Shown piece after piece: positions 21,374 to 31,860 of a stretch of DNA of 64,000 nt. Position 1 is the first letter of the stretch. The number at the start of each line of letters is the position of its first letter. Below the pieces are notes generated by a model. It saw nothing but the letters and a program-made list of their open reading frames with translations. It did no database searches and was not told the DNA's origin. Both the position numbers and the translations under genes were made by a program. Source of the stretch: an uncultured Gemmatimonadales bacterium (GTDB lineage Bacteria; Gemmatimonadota; Gemmatimonadetes; Gemmatimonadales; GWC2-71-9); the NCBI GenBank assembly GCA_963739455.1, contig CAVUAK010000003.1, forward strand, positions 192,001 through 256,000, given 5' to 3'.

Positions 21374-22383
21374 TTGCACCGGCAGGCACGACATCGGGAC
21401 CGATCCAGCTCATGCACAGCGCGCTGCGCGATGAGGCGGCTGCTGAGCCGGACGCCCCCACCCCCGCGGCGGTCACGAGCGGCACGCAGATCATCGCCAT
21501 CTATGGCAAGGGCGGCATCGGCAAGAGCTTCGCGCTGGCCAACCTCTCGTACATGATGGCGCAACTGGGCAAGAAGGTGCTCCTCATCGGGTGTGACCCG
21601 AAGAGCGACACCACCAGCCTGCTGTTCGGAGGCAAGGCGTGCCCCACGATCATCGAGGTGTCATCGAAGAAGAAGCTGGCCGGGGAGCAGGTAAAGATCG
21701 GCGACGTCTGCTTCAAGCGTGACGGCGTCTTCGCGATGGAACTGGGTGGCCCTGAAGTCGGCCGCGGCTGCGGCGGCCGCGGCATCATCCACGGCTTCGA
21801 GACCCTGGAGAAGCTCGGCTTCCACGAGTGGGGCTTCGACTTCGTGCTGCTCGACTTCCTGGGCGACGTGGTGTGCGGCGGCTTCGGCCTCCCGATCGCG
21901 CGCGACATGTGCCAGAAGGTGATCGTGGTGGGTTCCAACGACCTCCAGTCGCTCTACGTCGCGAACAATGTCTGCTCTGCGGTGGAGTACTTCCGCCGGC
22001 TCGGTGGCAACGTTGGCGTGGCCGGAATGGTGGTGAACAAGGACGACGGCACTGGTGAAGCAGCGGCCTTCGCGGAGCGCGCCGGCATCCCGATCCTCGC
22101 GGCCATTCCGGCACACGAGGACATCCGCCGCAAGAGCGCCAACTACGAGATCGTCGGCCGTCCCGGTGGCGACTGGGCGCCCCTGTTCGAGTCGCTGGCC
22201 ACCAATGTCGCCGAGTCACTTCCGGTGCGCCCGAAGCCCTTGACGCAGGACCAGCTGCTCGGGCTCTTCAGCAGCGACACCGTGGGACGGAACGTGGTGC
22301 TCCAGCCCGCGACCCTCGAGGACATGTGCGGTCGTTCGGAAATCGTGAAGCCGTCGCTGGAGGTGGTGTACGATGCCGTCTAG
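21370..22383 (+). CDS. bchX: Chlorophyllide a reductase iron protein
   Basis: [31 protein letters not shown]. Confidence 0.97.
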   Translation: MIAPAGTTSGPIQLMHSALRDEAAAEPDAPTPAAVTSGTQIIAIYGKGGIGKSFALANLSYMMAQLGKKVLLIGCDPKSDTTSLLFGGKACPTIIEVSSKKKLAGEQVKIGDVCFKRDGVFAMELGGPEVGRGCGGRGIIHGFETLEKLGFHEWGFDFVLLDFLGDVVCGGFGLPIARDMCQKVIVVGSNDLQSLYVANNVCSAVEYFRRLGGNVGVAGMVVNKDDGTGEAAAFAERAGIPILAAIPAHEDIRRKSANYEIVGRPGGDWAPLFESLATNVAESLPVRPKPLTQDQLLGLFSSDTVGRNVVLQPATLEDMCGRSEIVKPSLEVVYDAV

Positions 22384-23944
22384 TCGTGAGTCGTCAGTCG
22401 TGAGTCGTGAGAGTGGGTCGCTGCCGATTCTGGAAGCACCCGCTGCCGACTCACGACTCACGACTCACGACTCCCCAGGCTGCCATGGTGGCGCGGATAC
22501 CATGCACGCCGCCGCGCGAGCCGCCGGCAAGAGCGACGTGCTCGACCAGTACGCCGCCGACTATCCCAAGGGACCGCACGACCAGCCGCAGTCGATGTGC
22601 CCGGCCTTCGGTTCGCTGCGCGTCGGGCTGCGCATGCGCCGCACCGCGACGATCCTCTCCGGCTCCGCGTGCTGCGTGTACGGGCTCACCTTCACGAGCC
22701 ACTTCTACGGTGCGCGCCGCACGGTGGGGTACGTGCCGTTCAACTCCGAGACGCTCGTCACCGGCAAGCTGTTCGAGGACATCCGCGACGCGGTGTACGC
22801 CACCGCCGACCCGGCCCTCTACGACGCCATCGTGATCACCAATCTCTGCGTGCCCACGGCGTCCGGCGTGCCGCTCAAGCTGCTGCCGAAGGAGATCAAC
22901 GGCGTCCGCATCATCGGCATCGACGTGCCTGGCTTCGGCGTGCCGACGCACGCCGAGGCGAAGGACGTGCTCGCCGGCGCGATGCTGCGCTATGCGCGCC
23001 AGGAAGCGGAGCAGGGGCCGGTGCAGCTGCCGCGGGGTGGCCGGCACGATCGCCCGACGGTGACGCTGGTGGGCGAGATGTTCCCGGCGGATCCGGTTGG
23101 CGTCGGGATGATGCTCGAGCCGCTTGGCCTGGCGGCGGGGCCGTCGGTGCCGACGCGCGAGTGGCGTGACCTCTACGCGGCGCTCGACTGCGCTGTGGTG
23201 GCGGCCGTGCACCCGTTCTATACCGCGTCATTCCGCGAGTTCACCCTGGCCGGGCGGCCAATCGTCGGGTCGGGCCCCGTGGGTGTCGAGGGCACTGATG
23301 CGTGGCTGCAGGCCATCGGCGACGCCGCAGGGGTGGGCCAGCGCGCCATCGACCTGGCCAAGGGCAAGGTGCTCGACGCCATTCGCGACAAGCTGCGGCA
23401 GCATCCCATCCAGGGGCGCATCACGATGTCGGGCTACGAGGGCTCCGAACTGCTGGTGGCGCGCCTCCTCGTCGAGAGCGGCGCCGACCTGCGCTACGTC
23501 GGCACCGCGTGCCCGCGCACGGAGTGGAGCATCGGCGATCGCGACTGGCTCGAGGCGCATGGGGTACGGGTGCAGTATCGCGCGTCGCTGGAGCAGGATC
23601 TTGCCGCGATGCGCGAGTTCGACCCGCAGCTCGTCATCGGCACCACGCCCGTGGTCCAGGCGGCGAAGGAACTCGCGAAGCCGGCGCTCTACTTCACCAA
23701 CCTCATCTCCGCCCGTCCGCTCTTCGGGCCGATGGGCGCCGGTTCGCTCGCCACGGTGATCAACGCCGCGATGGGCAACACCGCGCGCTTCGGCCAGATG
23801 CGCGACTTCTTCACCGGTGTCGGCGCTGGGGCCAGCGCCGGCGTGTGGGAAGAACTGCCGAAGGACATTCCGGAGTTCCGCGAGCACTATCGCCGCCACC
23901 TGGCCAAGGTGGCCCGGCAGCGCAAGGCGGAGGAGATGGTCTGA
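22373..23944 (+). CDS. bchY: Chlorophyllide a reductase subunit Y
   Basis: [30 protein letters not shown]. Confidence 0.97.
   Translation: MPSSRESSVVSRESGSLPILEAPAADSRLTTHDSPGCHGGADTMHAAARAAGKSDVLDQYAADYPKGPHDQPQSMCPAFGSLRVGLRMRRTATILSGSACCVYGLTFTSHFYGARRTVGYVPFNSETLVTGKLFEDIRDAVYATADPALYDAIVITNLCVPTASGVPLKLLPKEINGVRIIGIDVPGFGVPTHAEAKDVLAGAMLRYARQEAEQGPVQLPRGGRHDRPTVTLVGEMFPADPVGVGMMLEPLGLAAGPSVPTREWRDLYAALDCAVVAAVHPFYTASFREFTLAGRPIVGSGPVGVEGTDAWLQAIGDAAGVGQRAIDLAKGKVLDAIRDKLRQHPIQGRITMSGYEGSELLVARLLVESGADLRYVGTACPRTEWSIGDRDWLEAHGVRVQYRASLEQDLAAMREFDPQLVIGTTPVVQAAKELAKPALYFTNLISARPLFGPMGAGSLATVINAAMGNTARFGQMRDFFTGVGAGASAGVWEELPKDIPEFREHYRRHLAKVARQRKAEEMV
22382..22474. repeat. Inverted heptamer tandem-repeat element inside the bchY 5' end
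   Basis: (AGTCGTS)x4 at 22382-22409 and (CGACTCM)x4 at 22447-22474. Confidence 0.85.
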
Positions 23945-25401
23945 TGCTCGTTCTCGACCATGATCGCGCCGGCGGCTACTGGGGGGCGGTATACGTCTTC
24001 ACCGCGGTGAAGGGGCTGCAGGTAGTCATCGATGGCCCGGTAGGGTGCGAGAACCTGCCCGTCACGTCGGTGCTGCACTACACCGACGCGCTGCCGCCGC
24101 ACGAGCTGCCGATCGTGGTCACTGGGCTTGCCGAGGAAGAGCTGGGGCAGAAGGGCACCGAGGGCAGCATGAAGCGGGCGCACAAGACGCTCGATCCCGA
24201 GTTGCCGTCGGTGGTGGTAACGGGCAGCATCGCCGAGATGATCGGCGGGGGCGTGACGCCGGAGGGCACGAACATCCAGCGCTTCCTGCCGCGCACGATC
24301 GATGAAGACCAGTGGCAGACGGCAAACCGCGCAATGTCGTGGCTCTGGGCGGAATACGGCCTGAAGCGCGGCGTGCGTCCCGACCCGAAGCCGCGCGAGC
24401 CGGGTGCGAAGCCGCGGGTCAACATCATCGGCCCGTGCTACGGCACATTCAACATGCCGTCCGACCTGGCGGAGATCCGCCGGCTGGTGGAGGGCATTGG
24501 TGCCGAGATCAACATGGTCTTCCCGCTCGGGTCGCACCTCGCCAACGTGCCGCGCCTGGTCGATGCCGACGTCAACGTCGTGATGTATCGCGAGTTCGGC
24601 CGGCAGCTCTGCGAGGCGCTGGAGAAGCCGTACCTGCAGGCGCCCATCGGGCTCCACTCGACCACGACGTTCCTGCGGACCCTCGGCGAGCTGCTGGGCC
24701 TCGATGCGGAACCGTTCATCGAGCGGGAGAAGCACACCACCATCAAGCCGATCTGGGACCTGTGGCGCAGCGTCACCCAGGACTTCTTCGCAACGGCGAG
24801 CTTCGGCATCGTCGCGAGCGAGACCTACGTCCGCGGCATCCGGCACTTCCTCGAGGACGAAATGGGGCTGCCGTGCACGCTGGCGGTGCCGCGCATTCCC
24901 GGGGCCAAGACTGACAACGCCGCGGTTCGGCAGTCGCTGAAGGAGCGGACACCGCTGGTGCTCTTCGGGAGCTACAACGAGCGGATGTACCTCGCCGAGC
25001 TGGGCGGGCGCGGATCGTACATCCCGGCGTCGTTCCCCGGGGCCATCATCCGCCGGCACACTGGCACGCCGTTCATGGGCTACGCCGGCGCCACCTACCT
25101 GGTGCAGGAAGTCTGCAACGCGCTCTTCGACGCGCTGTTCAACATCCTCCCCCTGGCCACCGACATGGATCGCGTCGAACCGACGCCCGCGCGCCTCACC
25201 GCATCGCTGCCGTGGGATGTGCCGGCGCAGGAGCGGCTCGAGTCGCTGGTGGAGGCGGAGCCGATGCTGGTGCGCATCTCGGCGGCGAAGCGGCTGCGCG
25301 AACGGGCCGAGCGGGTGGCGCGGGGCCGCGGCGACGTGGAAGTGACCCTGGAGCACCTCGACGGCGACGGGTTGGCCGACCCGCGCCTCGCGCATCGCTA
25401 G
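23944..25401 (+). CDS. bchZ: Chlorophyllide a reductase subunit Z
   Basis: [25 protein letters not shown]. Confidence 0.97.
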   Translation: MLVLDHDRAGGYWGAVYVFTAVKGLQVVIDGPVGCENLPVTSVLHYTDALPPHELPIVVTGLAEEELGQKGTEGSMKRAHKTLDPELPSVVVTGSIAEMIGGGVTPEGTNIQRFLPRTIDEDQWQTANRAMSWLWAEYGLKRGVRPDPKPREPGAKPRVNIIGPCYGTFNMPSDLAEIRRLVEGIGAEINMVFPLGSHLANVPRLVDADVNVVMYREFGRQLCEALEKPYLQAPIGLHSTTTFLRTLGELLGLDAEPFIEREKHTTIKPIWDLWRSVTQDFFATASFGIVASETYVRGIRHFLEDEMGLPCTLAVPRIPGAKTDNAAVRQSLKERTPLVLFGSYNERMYLAELGGRGSYIPASFPGAIIRRHTGTPFMGYAGATYLVQEVCNALFDALFNILPLATDMDRVEPTPARLTASLPWDVPAQERLESLVEAEPMLVRISAAKRLRERAERVARGRGDVEVTLEHLDGDGLADPRLAHR

Positions 25402-26285
25402 GGGGAGAGGCGCCCGGCGGATTCGGTGAGGAGCCGTGCGATGGCGGCGGGTTGTTCCTCATGCAGGAGGTGGCCGCCGGGCAGGGTGTCGAGGGTGCAA
25501 CCGGGTGTGCGTCGCGCAAGTGATCGAAGGTCGTCGAGCGCAATCCAGGGATCGCGGGTCCCGGCGACGAGGTGGAGCGGCACGATGAGTCGCGGCATGT
25601 CGGCCACGAGTCCGGTGAGTGACCAGTTGGCCATCATGCCGAGGACATTGCGGACCCGCTCGTCGGAGCCAAGCATCTGCTCGTAGAGGTGCCGGTTGCC
25701 GGGTGTCACCGAGGACTGGGTCGCGCGAAGCAGTGACGCGATGACGCCCTCGCGACGGGCCAGGGCCGCGGCGGGAGCCGCGACGAAGCGGGCAGTGACG
25801 AGGCGGTGCATGAACGGCGCGATGAGCTCGCGATAGAGCGCCGGCGGCGGGACCAGCGCGGGGTTGAGCCCCACGAGCCGCGATCCGGCAGGGTCACCGT
25901 CGAGCGCCATGCGAATGATGATCGCGGCGCCGGCGGAGTGACCCGCCGAGAGCACCGGGGTGAGGCCAAGGGCAGTGAGCAGCGCGCCGCATGCGCGCGC
26001 CATGCCGGGCAGGGTCAGGGTAGCGCGGTCGGGTGCCGAGGTGAATCCGTGGCCCGGCAGGTCGGGAGCCACCACCGTGAAGTGCCGCGCGAGCAGGGGG
26101 AAGAGGTCGCCCCAGGAGAAGCTCGCCGCACCGGTGCCATGCAGGAGCAGGATTGCGGGACCGGTGCCCGCCACCTGCACATGCCACCGCAGCCCGGCGG
26201 CATCGACGAAGCGGCTCGACGAGGAATTGGGCCAGTGCGGGGCGAGCGATTCCCAGCCTGGTGGAGTGGTTGAAGGGCTGTTCAT
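25398..26285 (-). CDS. bchO: Alpha/beta hydrolase BchO
   Basis: [24 protein letters not shown] nucleophile, GHLLHEE. Confidence 0.88.
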   Translation of the reverse strand: MNSPSTTPPGWESLAPHWPNSSSSRFVDAAGLRWHVQVAGTGPAILLLHGTGAASFSWGDLFPLLARHFTVVAPDLPGHGFTSAPDRATLTLPGMARACGALLTALGLTPVLSAGHSAGAAIIIRMALDGDPAGSRLVGLNPALVPPPALYRELIAPFMHRLVTARFVAAPAAALARREGVIASLLRATQSSVTPGNRHLYEQMLGSDERVRNVLGMMANWSLTGLVADMPRLIVPLHLVAGTRDPWIALDDLRSLARRTPGCTLDTLPGGHLLHEEQPAAIARLLTESAGRLSP

Positions 26286-26373
26286 GGGTTTACGCGGTCG
26301 TATGCCCGAGTGCGGGTGACCGCCCCAGCCGCGTGGGACGACGCGGCATGTATTACAACTCCCGGAGGAGTGT

Positions 26374-26505
26374 ATGGCAGACAACGGCTTGAGCGACGAA
26401 GAAGCACGGGGTTTTCACCGGTATTTCGTGTTGGGATTTGTCTCGTTCACTGGCGTAGCCATCGTCGCGCATTTCCTGGCGTGGCAGTGGCGTCCGTGGC
26501 TCTGA
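26374..26505 (+). CDS. pufB: Light-harvesting beta polypeptide (43 aa; absent from the ORF track)
   Basis: [18 protein letters not shown]...[23 protein letters not shown]. Confidence 0.95.
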   Translation: MADNGLSDEEARGFHRYFVLGFVSFTGVAIVAHFLAWQWRPWL

Positions 26506-26533
26506 TCACAACCCTTTTCCCAGAGGTTGACTG

Positions 26534-26695
26534 ATGTACAAGATCTGGCGCGGATCCGATCCAGTGACAGTACTGGCGGGATTGTTCTTCTCACTTGGCG
26601 TACTCTCGATCGTGCTGCACCTGTTCGCGTTCAGCGCGGTGGGCTACCCGAAGAGTGCCAAGATGAAGTACAACCCGCCGGCGGCGACCCAGTAA
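26534..26695 (+). CDS. pufA: Divergent LH alpha polypeptide, probable outer-ring (LHh) alpha (53 aa; absent from the ORF track)
   Basis: MYKIWRGSDP...SIVLHLFAF..YPKSAKMKY; BChl-binding His; GAGG RBS. Confidence 0.88.
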   Translation: MYKIWRGSDPVTVLAGLFFSLGVLSIVLHLFAFSAVGYPKSAKMKYNPPAATQ

Positions 26696-26705
26696 GGCGC
26701 CCTGA

Positions 26706-26762
26706 CGCAGGTGCGTAAGCCAGGGTGCCGGCTATCACAGGTGCCCAGCTTGCGACCCTGCG
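26706..26762 (+). other. Intercistronic hairpin between the two pufA genes
   Basis: CGCAGG..GCGTAAGC..GGGTGCC pairs with GGTGCCC..GCTTGCG..CCTGCG, using G-U pairs. Confidence 0.55.
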
Positions 26763-26790
26763 CCGCTCTCTCCTCACCAAGGACCAGCGT

Positions 26791-27006
26791 ATGTATCGCA
26801 TCTGGCTTGCGTTCGACCCACGACGGGTGATGGTCGCACTGACGGTGTTCCTCACAGTGCTGGCCGTCACGATCCACTTCATCCTGCTGAGTTCCAGCCG
26901 GTATGCATGGATCGAGAATGGTACGCTATCGGCAGAGAAGGCGCCGGTAGGGTCCGGGCACGCCGCCGCAGTGGCCGAGATGGCCCCGCTGCCGGCCAAC
27001 CGGTAG
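26791..27006 (+). CDS. pufA: LH1 alpha polypeptide with extended C-terminus
   Basis: [12 protein letters not shown]...[12 protein letters not shown]. Confidence 0.95.
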   Translation: MYRIWLAFDPRRVMVALTVFLTVLAVTIHFILLSSSRYAWIENGTLSAEKAPVGSGHAAAVAEMAPLPANR

Positions 27007-27031
27007 TCGCACGAATCGAGGTCAGGCGGCA

Positions 27032-27058
27032 GCGGTCCGGACCCGTTGGTCCGGCCGC
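27032..27058 (+). other. pufA-pufL intercistronic stem-loop
   Basis: GCGGTCCGGACC-CGTT-GGTCCGGCCGC. Confidence 0.65.
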
Positions 27059-27136
27059 AGCCCCGACTTCACCCTGATGTCCTGAACGGTCCGACACGCG
27101 CGCCTGCCTGACGCCGCGCCTGGAGACATGAATCAA

Positions 27137-27961
27137 ATGGCGATGCTCACGTTCGAACGAAAGTATCGAGTCCGTGGCGGGACCCTGATTGGCGGCGATC
27201 TGTTCGACTTCTGGATCGGGCCATTCTACGTCGGGTTCTTTGGTGTCACGGCCATCTTCTTCGCCGTCACCGGCACGCTCCTGCTGGTATGGGGCGCCGC
27301 AATGGGACCCACCTGGAACCTGTGGCGCATCAGCATCGCGCCGCCCGACCTGAGTTACGGCCTGGGCATGGCACCGCTGGCGAAGGGCGGGCTCTGGCAA
27401 CTGGTCACCGTCTGCGCCATCGGCGCCTTCTCATCCTGGGCACTCAGGCAGGCGGAGATCGCCCGCAAGCTCGGCATGGGCCTGCACATTTCGTGGGCCT
27501 TCAGCGCCGCGATCCTGGCGTACGTGACGCTGGTGTTCATCCGGCCGGTGCTGCTGGGCGCGTGGGGACATGGCTTCCCGTACGGCATCTTCAGTCACCT
27601 CGACTGGGTGTCGAACACGGGATACCAGTACCTGCACTTCCACTACAACCCCGCACACATGATCGCGGTGACGTTCTTCTTCACCAACTGCCTGGCGCTG
27701 GCCATGCATGGCTCCCTGATCCTCTCGGTGACGAACCCGAAGAAGGGTGAGCCGGTCAAGACGAGCGAGCACGAGAACGTGTTCTTCCGCGATTTCCTCG
27801 GCTATTCCATCGGGGCAATCGGCATCCACCGGCTCGGCACCTTCCTCGCCATGAGCGCCGCCATCTGGAGCGCGATCTGCATCGTGATCTCCGGGCCGCT
27901 GTGGACGAAGGGATGGCCGGAGTGGTGGAGCTGGTGGCTCAACCTGCCCATCTGGAAGTGA
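27137..27961 (+). CDS. pufL: Reaction centre L subunit (alternative ATG at 27128)
   Basis: [30 protein letters not shown]. Confidence 0.98.
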   Translation: MAMLTFERKYRVRGGTLIGGDLFDFWIGPFYVGFFGVTAIFFAVTGTLLLVWGAAMGPTWNLWRISIAPPDLSYGLGMAPLAKGGLWQLVTVCAIGAFSSWALRQAEIARKLGMGLHISWAFSAAILAYVTLVFIRPVLLGAWGHGFPYGIFSHLDWVSNTGYQYLHFHYNPAHMIAVTFFFTNCLALAMHGSLILSVTNPKKGEPVKTSEHENVFFRDFLGYSIGAIGIHRLGTFLAMSAAIWSAICIVISGPLWTKGWPEWWSWWLNLPIWK

Positions 27962-27973
27962 GGCGCCCCGGCC

Positions 27974-29395
27974 ATGCTTGAATACCAGAACATCTTCACG
28001 CGGGTCCAGGTGCGCACCGCGCCCGACCCGGGGCTGCCGATCGACCTCTCGACCGGTGCCCGCTATGGCAAGGGGACGTTCAACTACTGGATCGGCAAGA
28101 TCGGCGATGCGCAGATCGGGCCCATCTATCTCGGATGGAGCGGGATCGCCTCGATCATCTTCGGCTTCTTCGCCATCGAGATCATCGGGCTCAACTTCCT
28201 GGCGCAGGTGCACTGGAGCCCGATCCAGTTCATCCGGCAGCTGCCGTGGCTGGCGCTCGAGCCGCCGCCGCCACAGTTCGGCACGCACCTCTTCCCGCCG
28301 CTGCAGCAGGGCGGGTGGTACCTGCTCGCCGGCGGGTTCCTCTCGGCCGCAATCCTGCTCTGGTGGGTGCGCACCTACCTGCGCGCGCGGGCCCTCGGAC
28401 TGGGGACGCACCTCGCGTGGGCCTTTGCGTCGGCGATCTTCCTCTACTCCACCTTCTTCTTCCAGCCGCTGCTCGTCGGCAGCTGGAGCGAGATGGTGCC
28501 GTTCGGGATCTTCGCCCACCTCGACTGGACCGCGGCATTCTCGATCCGGTACGGGAACCTCTACTACAACCCGTTCCACGCGCTCTCGATCGCGTTCCTC
28601 TACGGCTCGGCGGTGCTCTTCGCCATGCACGGGGCCACGATCCTCGCGGTGAGCCGGGTGGGTGGCGAGCGGGAGATCGAGCAGATCACCGATCGCGGCA
28701 CCGCGGCCGAGCGCGCGGCGCTCTTCTGGCGCTGGACGATGGGCTGGAACGCCACGATGGAGTCGATTCATCGCTGGGCCTGGTGGTTCGCCGTGCTGAC
28801 GACCTTCACCGGCGGGCTCGGTATCCTGCTCACCGGCACCGTGGTGGACAACTGGTATCTCTGGGGCCAGAAGCACGGCCTGGTGGCCGACTACCCGGCA
28901 CAGAATCCGGCCGCCGCCGCTGACATGGAGAAGCTGCGCGGGCAGTACGCGGGTGTGCAGCCGTCAGGCTTCCCGGGCGTCGGCATCGACGACACGATCC
29001 CGGTCGTCATCGTGGCGGAGCAGATCTACGAAAGCGTGACGAAGACGGGACGCGTGGTGACCCAGGCGATCCTCTTCGACGTGGCACAGGCCACTATCGT
29101 CGCCGATTCGAAGGCGCAGCTCGACGAGATCGGCAAGGTGCTCTCCGAGCATCCCGAGCTGACGTTCGTCATCGAGGGCCACACCGACAACACCGGCGAT
29201 CCAGCCGGTAACCAGTCGCTCTCGGAGCAGCGTGCCAGTGCGGTGCGCGACTACCTGATCACGAACTACCAGGTCCTGCCCGGCAGGCTGTCGACGGCGG
29301 GATACGGGGCGTCGCGACCGGTCGCGTCGAATGATTCGCCGGGTGGGCGCGCACACAACAGGCGCGTCGAGCTCGTCACCGGGAGCCAGCCATGA
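27974..29395 (+). CDS. pufM: Reaction centre M subunit fused to a C-terminal OmpA-like domain
   Basis: [32 protein letters not shown]; then [25 protein letters not shown]. Confidence 0.97.
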   Translation: MLEYQNIFTRVQVRTAPDPGLPIDLSTGARYGKGTFNYWIGKIGDAQIGPIYLGWSGIASIIFGFFAIEIIGLNFLAQVHWSPIQFIRQLPWLALEPPPPQFGTHLFPPLQQGGWYLLAGGFLSAAILLWWVRTYLRARALGLGTHLAWAFASAIFLYSTFFFQPLLVGSWSEMVPFGIFAHLDWTAAFSIRYGNLYYNPFHALSIAFLYGSAVLFAMHGATILAVSRVGGEREIEQITDRGTAAERAALFWRWTMGWNATMESIHRWAWWFAVLTTFTGGLGILLTGTVVDNWYLWGQKHGLVADYPAQNPAAAADMEKLRGQYAGVQPSGFPGVGIDDTIPVVIVAEQIYESVTKTGRVVTQAILFDVAQATIVADSKAQLDEIGKVLSEHPELTFVIEGHTDNTGDPAGNQSLSEQRASAVRDYLITNYQVLPGRLSTAGYGASRPVASNDSPGGRAHNRRVELVTGSQP

Positions 29396-30651
29396 CACCC
29401 ATCGTTCCAGGCGCCGCGCGGCTGCTGGTGGCCGGCGCCTGCGTCCTCGTGGTTACCGGCTGCCAGCCGGGCAAGAAGGAATCGGTGCAGCGCGGCTATC
29501 GTGGCACCGCCATGGAGGAGATCTACGACAAGTCGGACCTCGCGAAGAAGGTGGCGGAGGTGGCGGCACGCATTCCCGAGCCGATTGCCCCGGCGGGTCC
29601 ACCGACGGCCGGCCCGTCACCATGGAAGAACGTGCAGGTGCTTACCGACGTAAGTCCGGGCGAGCTTACCCGCACCATGCTGGCCATGAGCACCTGGGTG
29701 GCCGGCACGGGCAACTGTGGCTACTGCCACAACCTTGCCGACATGTCCGCGGATACACTCGCCGGCGGGAAGCCGATCTACACCAAGCTGACCGCGCGCC
29801 GGATGCTGCGCATGGTGCGGGACATCAACGGCAACTACGAGGCGCACGTCAAGAACACCGGCGTCACCTGCTATACCTGCCACCTCGGGCAGCCGGTACC
29901 GAAGACCACGTGGGTGTACAACGGCAACCCGAACCAGGTGGAGCGGTACTTCCTCGACCGGTCGGCGGTGCGGGTACAGACGCACCAGGTTGCGGCCAGC
30001 AATGACAACCGGTCGTCGGTGAAGCAGACCGAGTTCACGTACGCCGTGATGATGAAGATCTCGACCGGGCTCGGGGTGTCGTGCAGCGAGTGCCACAACA
30101 GCCGCGCGTTCAACTCCTGGGAACAGGCGCCGCCGCAGCGGGTCCAGGCACTGCACGGGGCCGAGATGGTGCGGCACATCAACTACCAGTACCTCTTGCC
30201 GCTCAACGCCGTGCTGCCGGCGAGTCGACTCGGTCCAATGGGCGACTCACCGAAGGCCCTGTGCACCACCTGTCACAACGGGGCCTACAAGCCGCTCTAC
30301 GGCTACGCCATGGCAAAGGACTACCCGGCGCTGTGGGGCCGGAAGGACTGGAACGGCCAGCCGTTCCCGGCGATTCCAGCGGCGGAGCCGGTGGCTGCCC
30401 CGGCGCCCGCGCCGACCGGTGGTATCGGCACGTCGCCAACCAGTCCGAGTGCTGGCGCGACGGCCGCCGCCCCGGCCGCAACACCAGCCAGGTCGCCGTC
30501 GGGCAATGGCGGAACGGGCGCCATGGGAGGACAGGGACCAACTGGAACGCCATCCCCCGAGGCGGCACCGCGCACGCCGAGAACCGGTGCGATGGGGGGT
30601 CGCGGTCCGAGCGGCAAGGCGAAGCCGGTCGTTCCGCCGCCGGCGCACTAG
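29392..30651 (+). CDS. pufC: Tetraheme RC-bound cytochrome c with low-complexity C-tail
   Basis: Lipobox VVTGC; CGYCH, CYTCH, CSECH, CTTCH. Confidence 0.95.
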   Translation: MTPIVPGAARLLVAGACVLVVTGCQPGKKESVQRGYRGTAMEEIYDKSDLAKKVAEVAARIPEPIAPAGPPTAGPSPWKNVQVLTDVSPGELTRTMLAMSTWVAGTGNCGYCHNLADMSADTLAGGKPIYTKLTARRMLRMVRDINGNYEAHVKNTGVTCYTCHLGQPVPKTTWVYNGNPNQVERYFLDRSAVRVQTHQVAASNDNRSSVKQTEFTYAVMMKISTGLGVSCSECHNSRAFNSWEQAPPQRVQALHGAEMVRHINYQYLLPLNAVLPASRLGPMGDSPKALCTTCHNGAYKPLYGYAMAKDYPALWGRKDWNGQPFPAIPAAEPVAAPAPAPTGGIGTSPTSPSAGATAAAPAATPARSPSGNGGTGAMGGQGPTGTPSPEAAPRTPRTGAMGGRGPSGKAKPVVPPPAH

Positions 30652-30676
30652 CATCGGCAGGTCGCTGCACCACGCG

Positions 30677-30710
30677 AAAGGGCCCCGCGATCACGATCGC
30701 GGGGCCCTTT
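30677..30710. terminator. Bidirectional intrinsic terminator between puf and puh
   Basis: AAAGGGCCCCGCGATC-AC-GATCGCGGGGCCCTTT. Confidence 0.88.
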
Positions 30711-30731
30711 TGCTGTGCGGTGCTGGTCGCG

Positions 30732-31202
30732 CTACTGGAAGAGCTGGGAGAAGGACTGGACCTGCGTGGGCCCGAACGAACTCACCGCGATGTGCATGCC
30801 GGTGCTGGGATCGTCCAGAGTCATCCGGCCGTCCTGCCACTTCGTGATGCGGAACGGCGTCGCCGGGTCGGTCTGGGCGACATCGCGCTTCTGCTTGATG
30901 CCGCGCAGCATGCCGAAGATGAACCCGTTCTTGTCGGAGCTGAGCCGCGCGATCTCCCGTGCCTGGCCCACGTCGAACACCGAAAGCGTCCCGTCGCCCT
31001 GCATGTCGAACCGGACCTCGCGCTGCAGTGCCACTGCCGTCACCGGTTCCTGCGAGGCCGTGTGGCCACTGACGCGCGCCTGGATGGCCACGCCGAACAC
31101 CAGCACAACCAGGAGCGACGCCCCGATGAGCGGGCCGCGCGGGACGTGAATGGTGGAGTCGGCAGGGGTGCCTGGTTCCGGTTCGACGAAGATCTCAGCC
31201 AT
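30732..31202 (-). CDS. puhC: Photosynthetic complex assembly protein PuhC
   Basis: One TM, GFIFGMLRG, WQDGRMTLDDP, SFGPT. Confidence 0.88.
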   Translation of the reverse strand: MAEIFVEPEPGTPADSTIHVPRGPLIGASLLVVLVFGVAIQARVSGHTASQEPVTAVALQREVRFDMQGDGTLSVFDVGQAREIARLSSDKNGFIFGMLRGIKQKRDVAQTDPATPFRITKWQDGRMTLDDPSTGMHIAVSSFGPTQVQSFSQLFQ

Positions 31203-31860
31203 GGGCGCCAACGATCGGTCGGAGGTGGGTGGTGGGCTTGGGCGCCTCCGCGCTCGGGTTATCGAGCTCCAGCACGGAGGCCTGCACCCCATCGCCCGCC
31301 GCGACCTGCATGTGCTCCGCCACGAGCGCCATCTCCACCAGGCCGCGCAGCATCGGTTCGGGATACCGAAGGCGCCAGGGTCGCACGTGGGGCCAGAGAT
31401 GGAAGAAGCCGATGCGGTCGGGCCGCGTCAGGCGGAGTGAGATCTGCCCGGTGCCGTCGCTGAACTGCCGGCACTCGGCGGCCTCGATGAGGCGGAACGG
31501 AATGTTGATGGTCGTCGGCAGCACGAGCCCCGCCTTGAGCACCACGCGCCGGTCGGTGATGGCGTAGACGGTGCTCTTCGCGGTGAAGTGAGCGTACGCC
31601 AGGATGCCGATCACCACGAAGGCGGCCAGGGCAAACTGGATGCCCGCCGCGGTCAGGATCTGCGAGGTGGTTGCACCCTCACGAAGCGCCCCGGCCAGGC
31701 CCAGCAGGATCAGCAGCGCGAAGTAGCCGGCGACGAGACGCACATGGAACGCATGGCGCGCCAGCGGCCGGCTTGCCGGGGCACCGCTCCAGAGGAGCCG
31801 CTCCCCGGCCGGCAGCGGCTGCGAGACGCCGCGGATCCATGTGCGGTCGTCGATGGTCAT
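31195..31860 (-). CDS. puhB: Photosynthetic complex assembly protein PuhB
   Basis: LPAGERLLW, FHVR, YAITDRRV, LWPHVRPW..PEPMLR. Confidence 0.9.
   Translation of the reverse strand: MTIDDRTWIRGVSQPLPAGERLLWSGAPASRPLARHAFHVRLVAGYFALLILLGLAGALREGATTSQILTAAGIQFALAAFVVIGILAYAHFTAKSTVYAITDRRVVLKAGLVLPTTINIPFRLIEAAECRQFSDGTGQISLRLTRPDRIGFFHLWPHVRPWRLRYPEPMLRGLVEMALVAEHMQVAAGDGVQASVLELDNPSAEAPKPTTHLRPIVGAHG

Noticed and set aside
21370..22383. nifH-like genes (here and at 36178-37092) read as nitrogenase
   Set aside because: Motifs and neighbours identify them as BchX and BchL
22382..22474. Repeats here and in bchB considered as CRISPR arrays
   Set aside because: 7-nt units with no unique spacers, inverted layout and no cas genes
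26527..26718. 63-aa ORF from the track upstream of pufA
   Set aside because: Off-frame overlap of the real 53-aa LH alpha gene at 26534-26695
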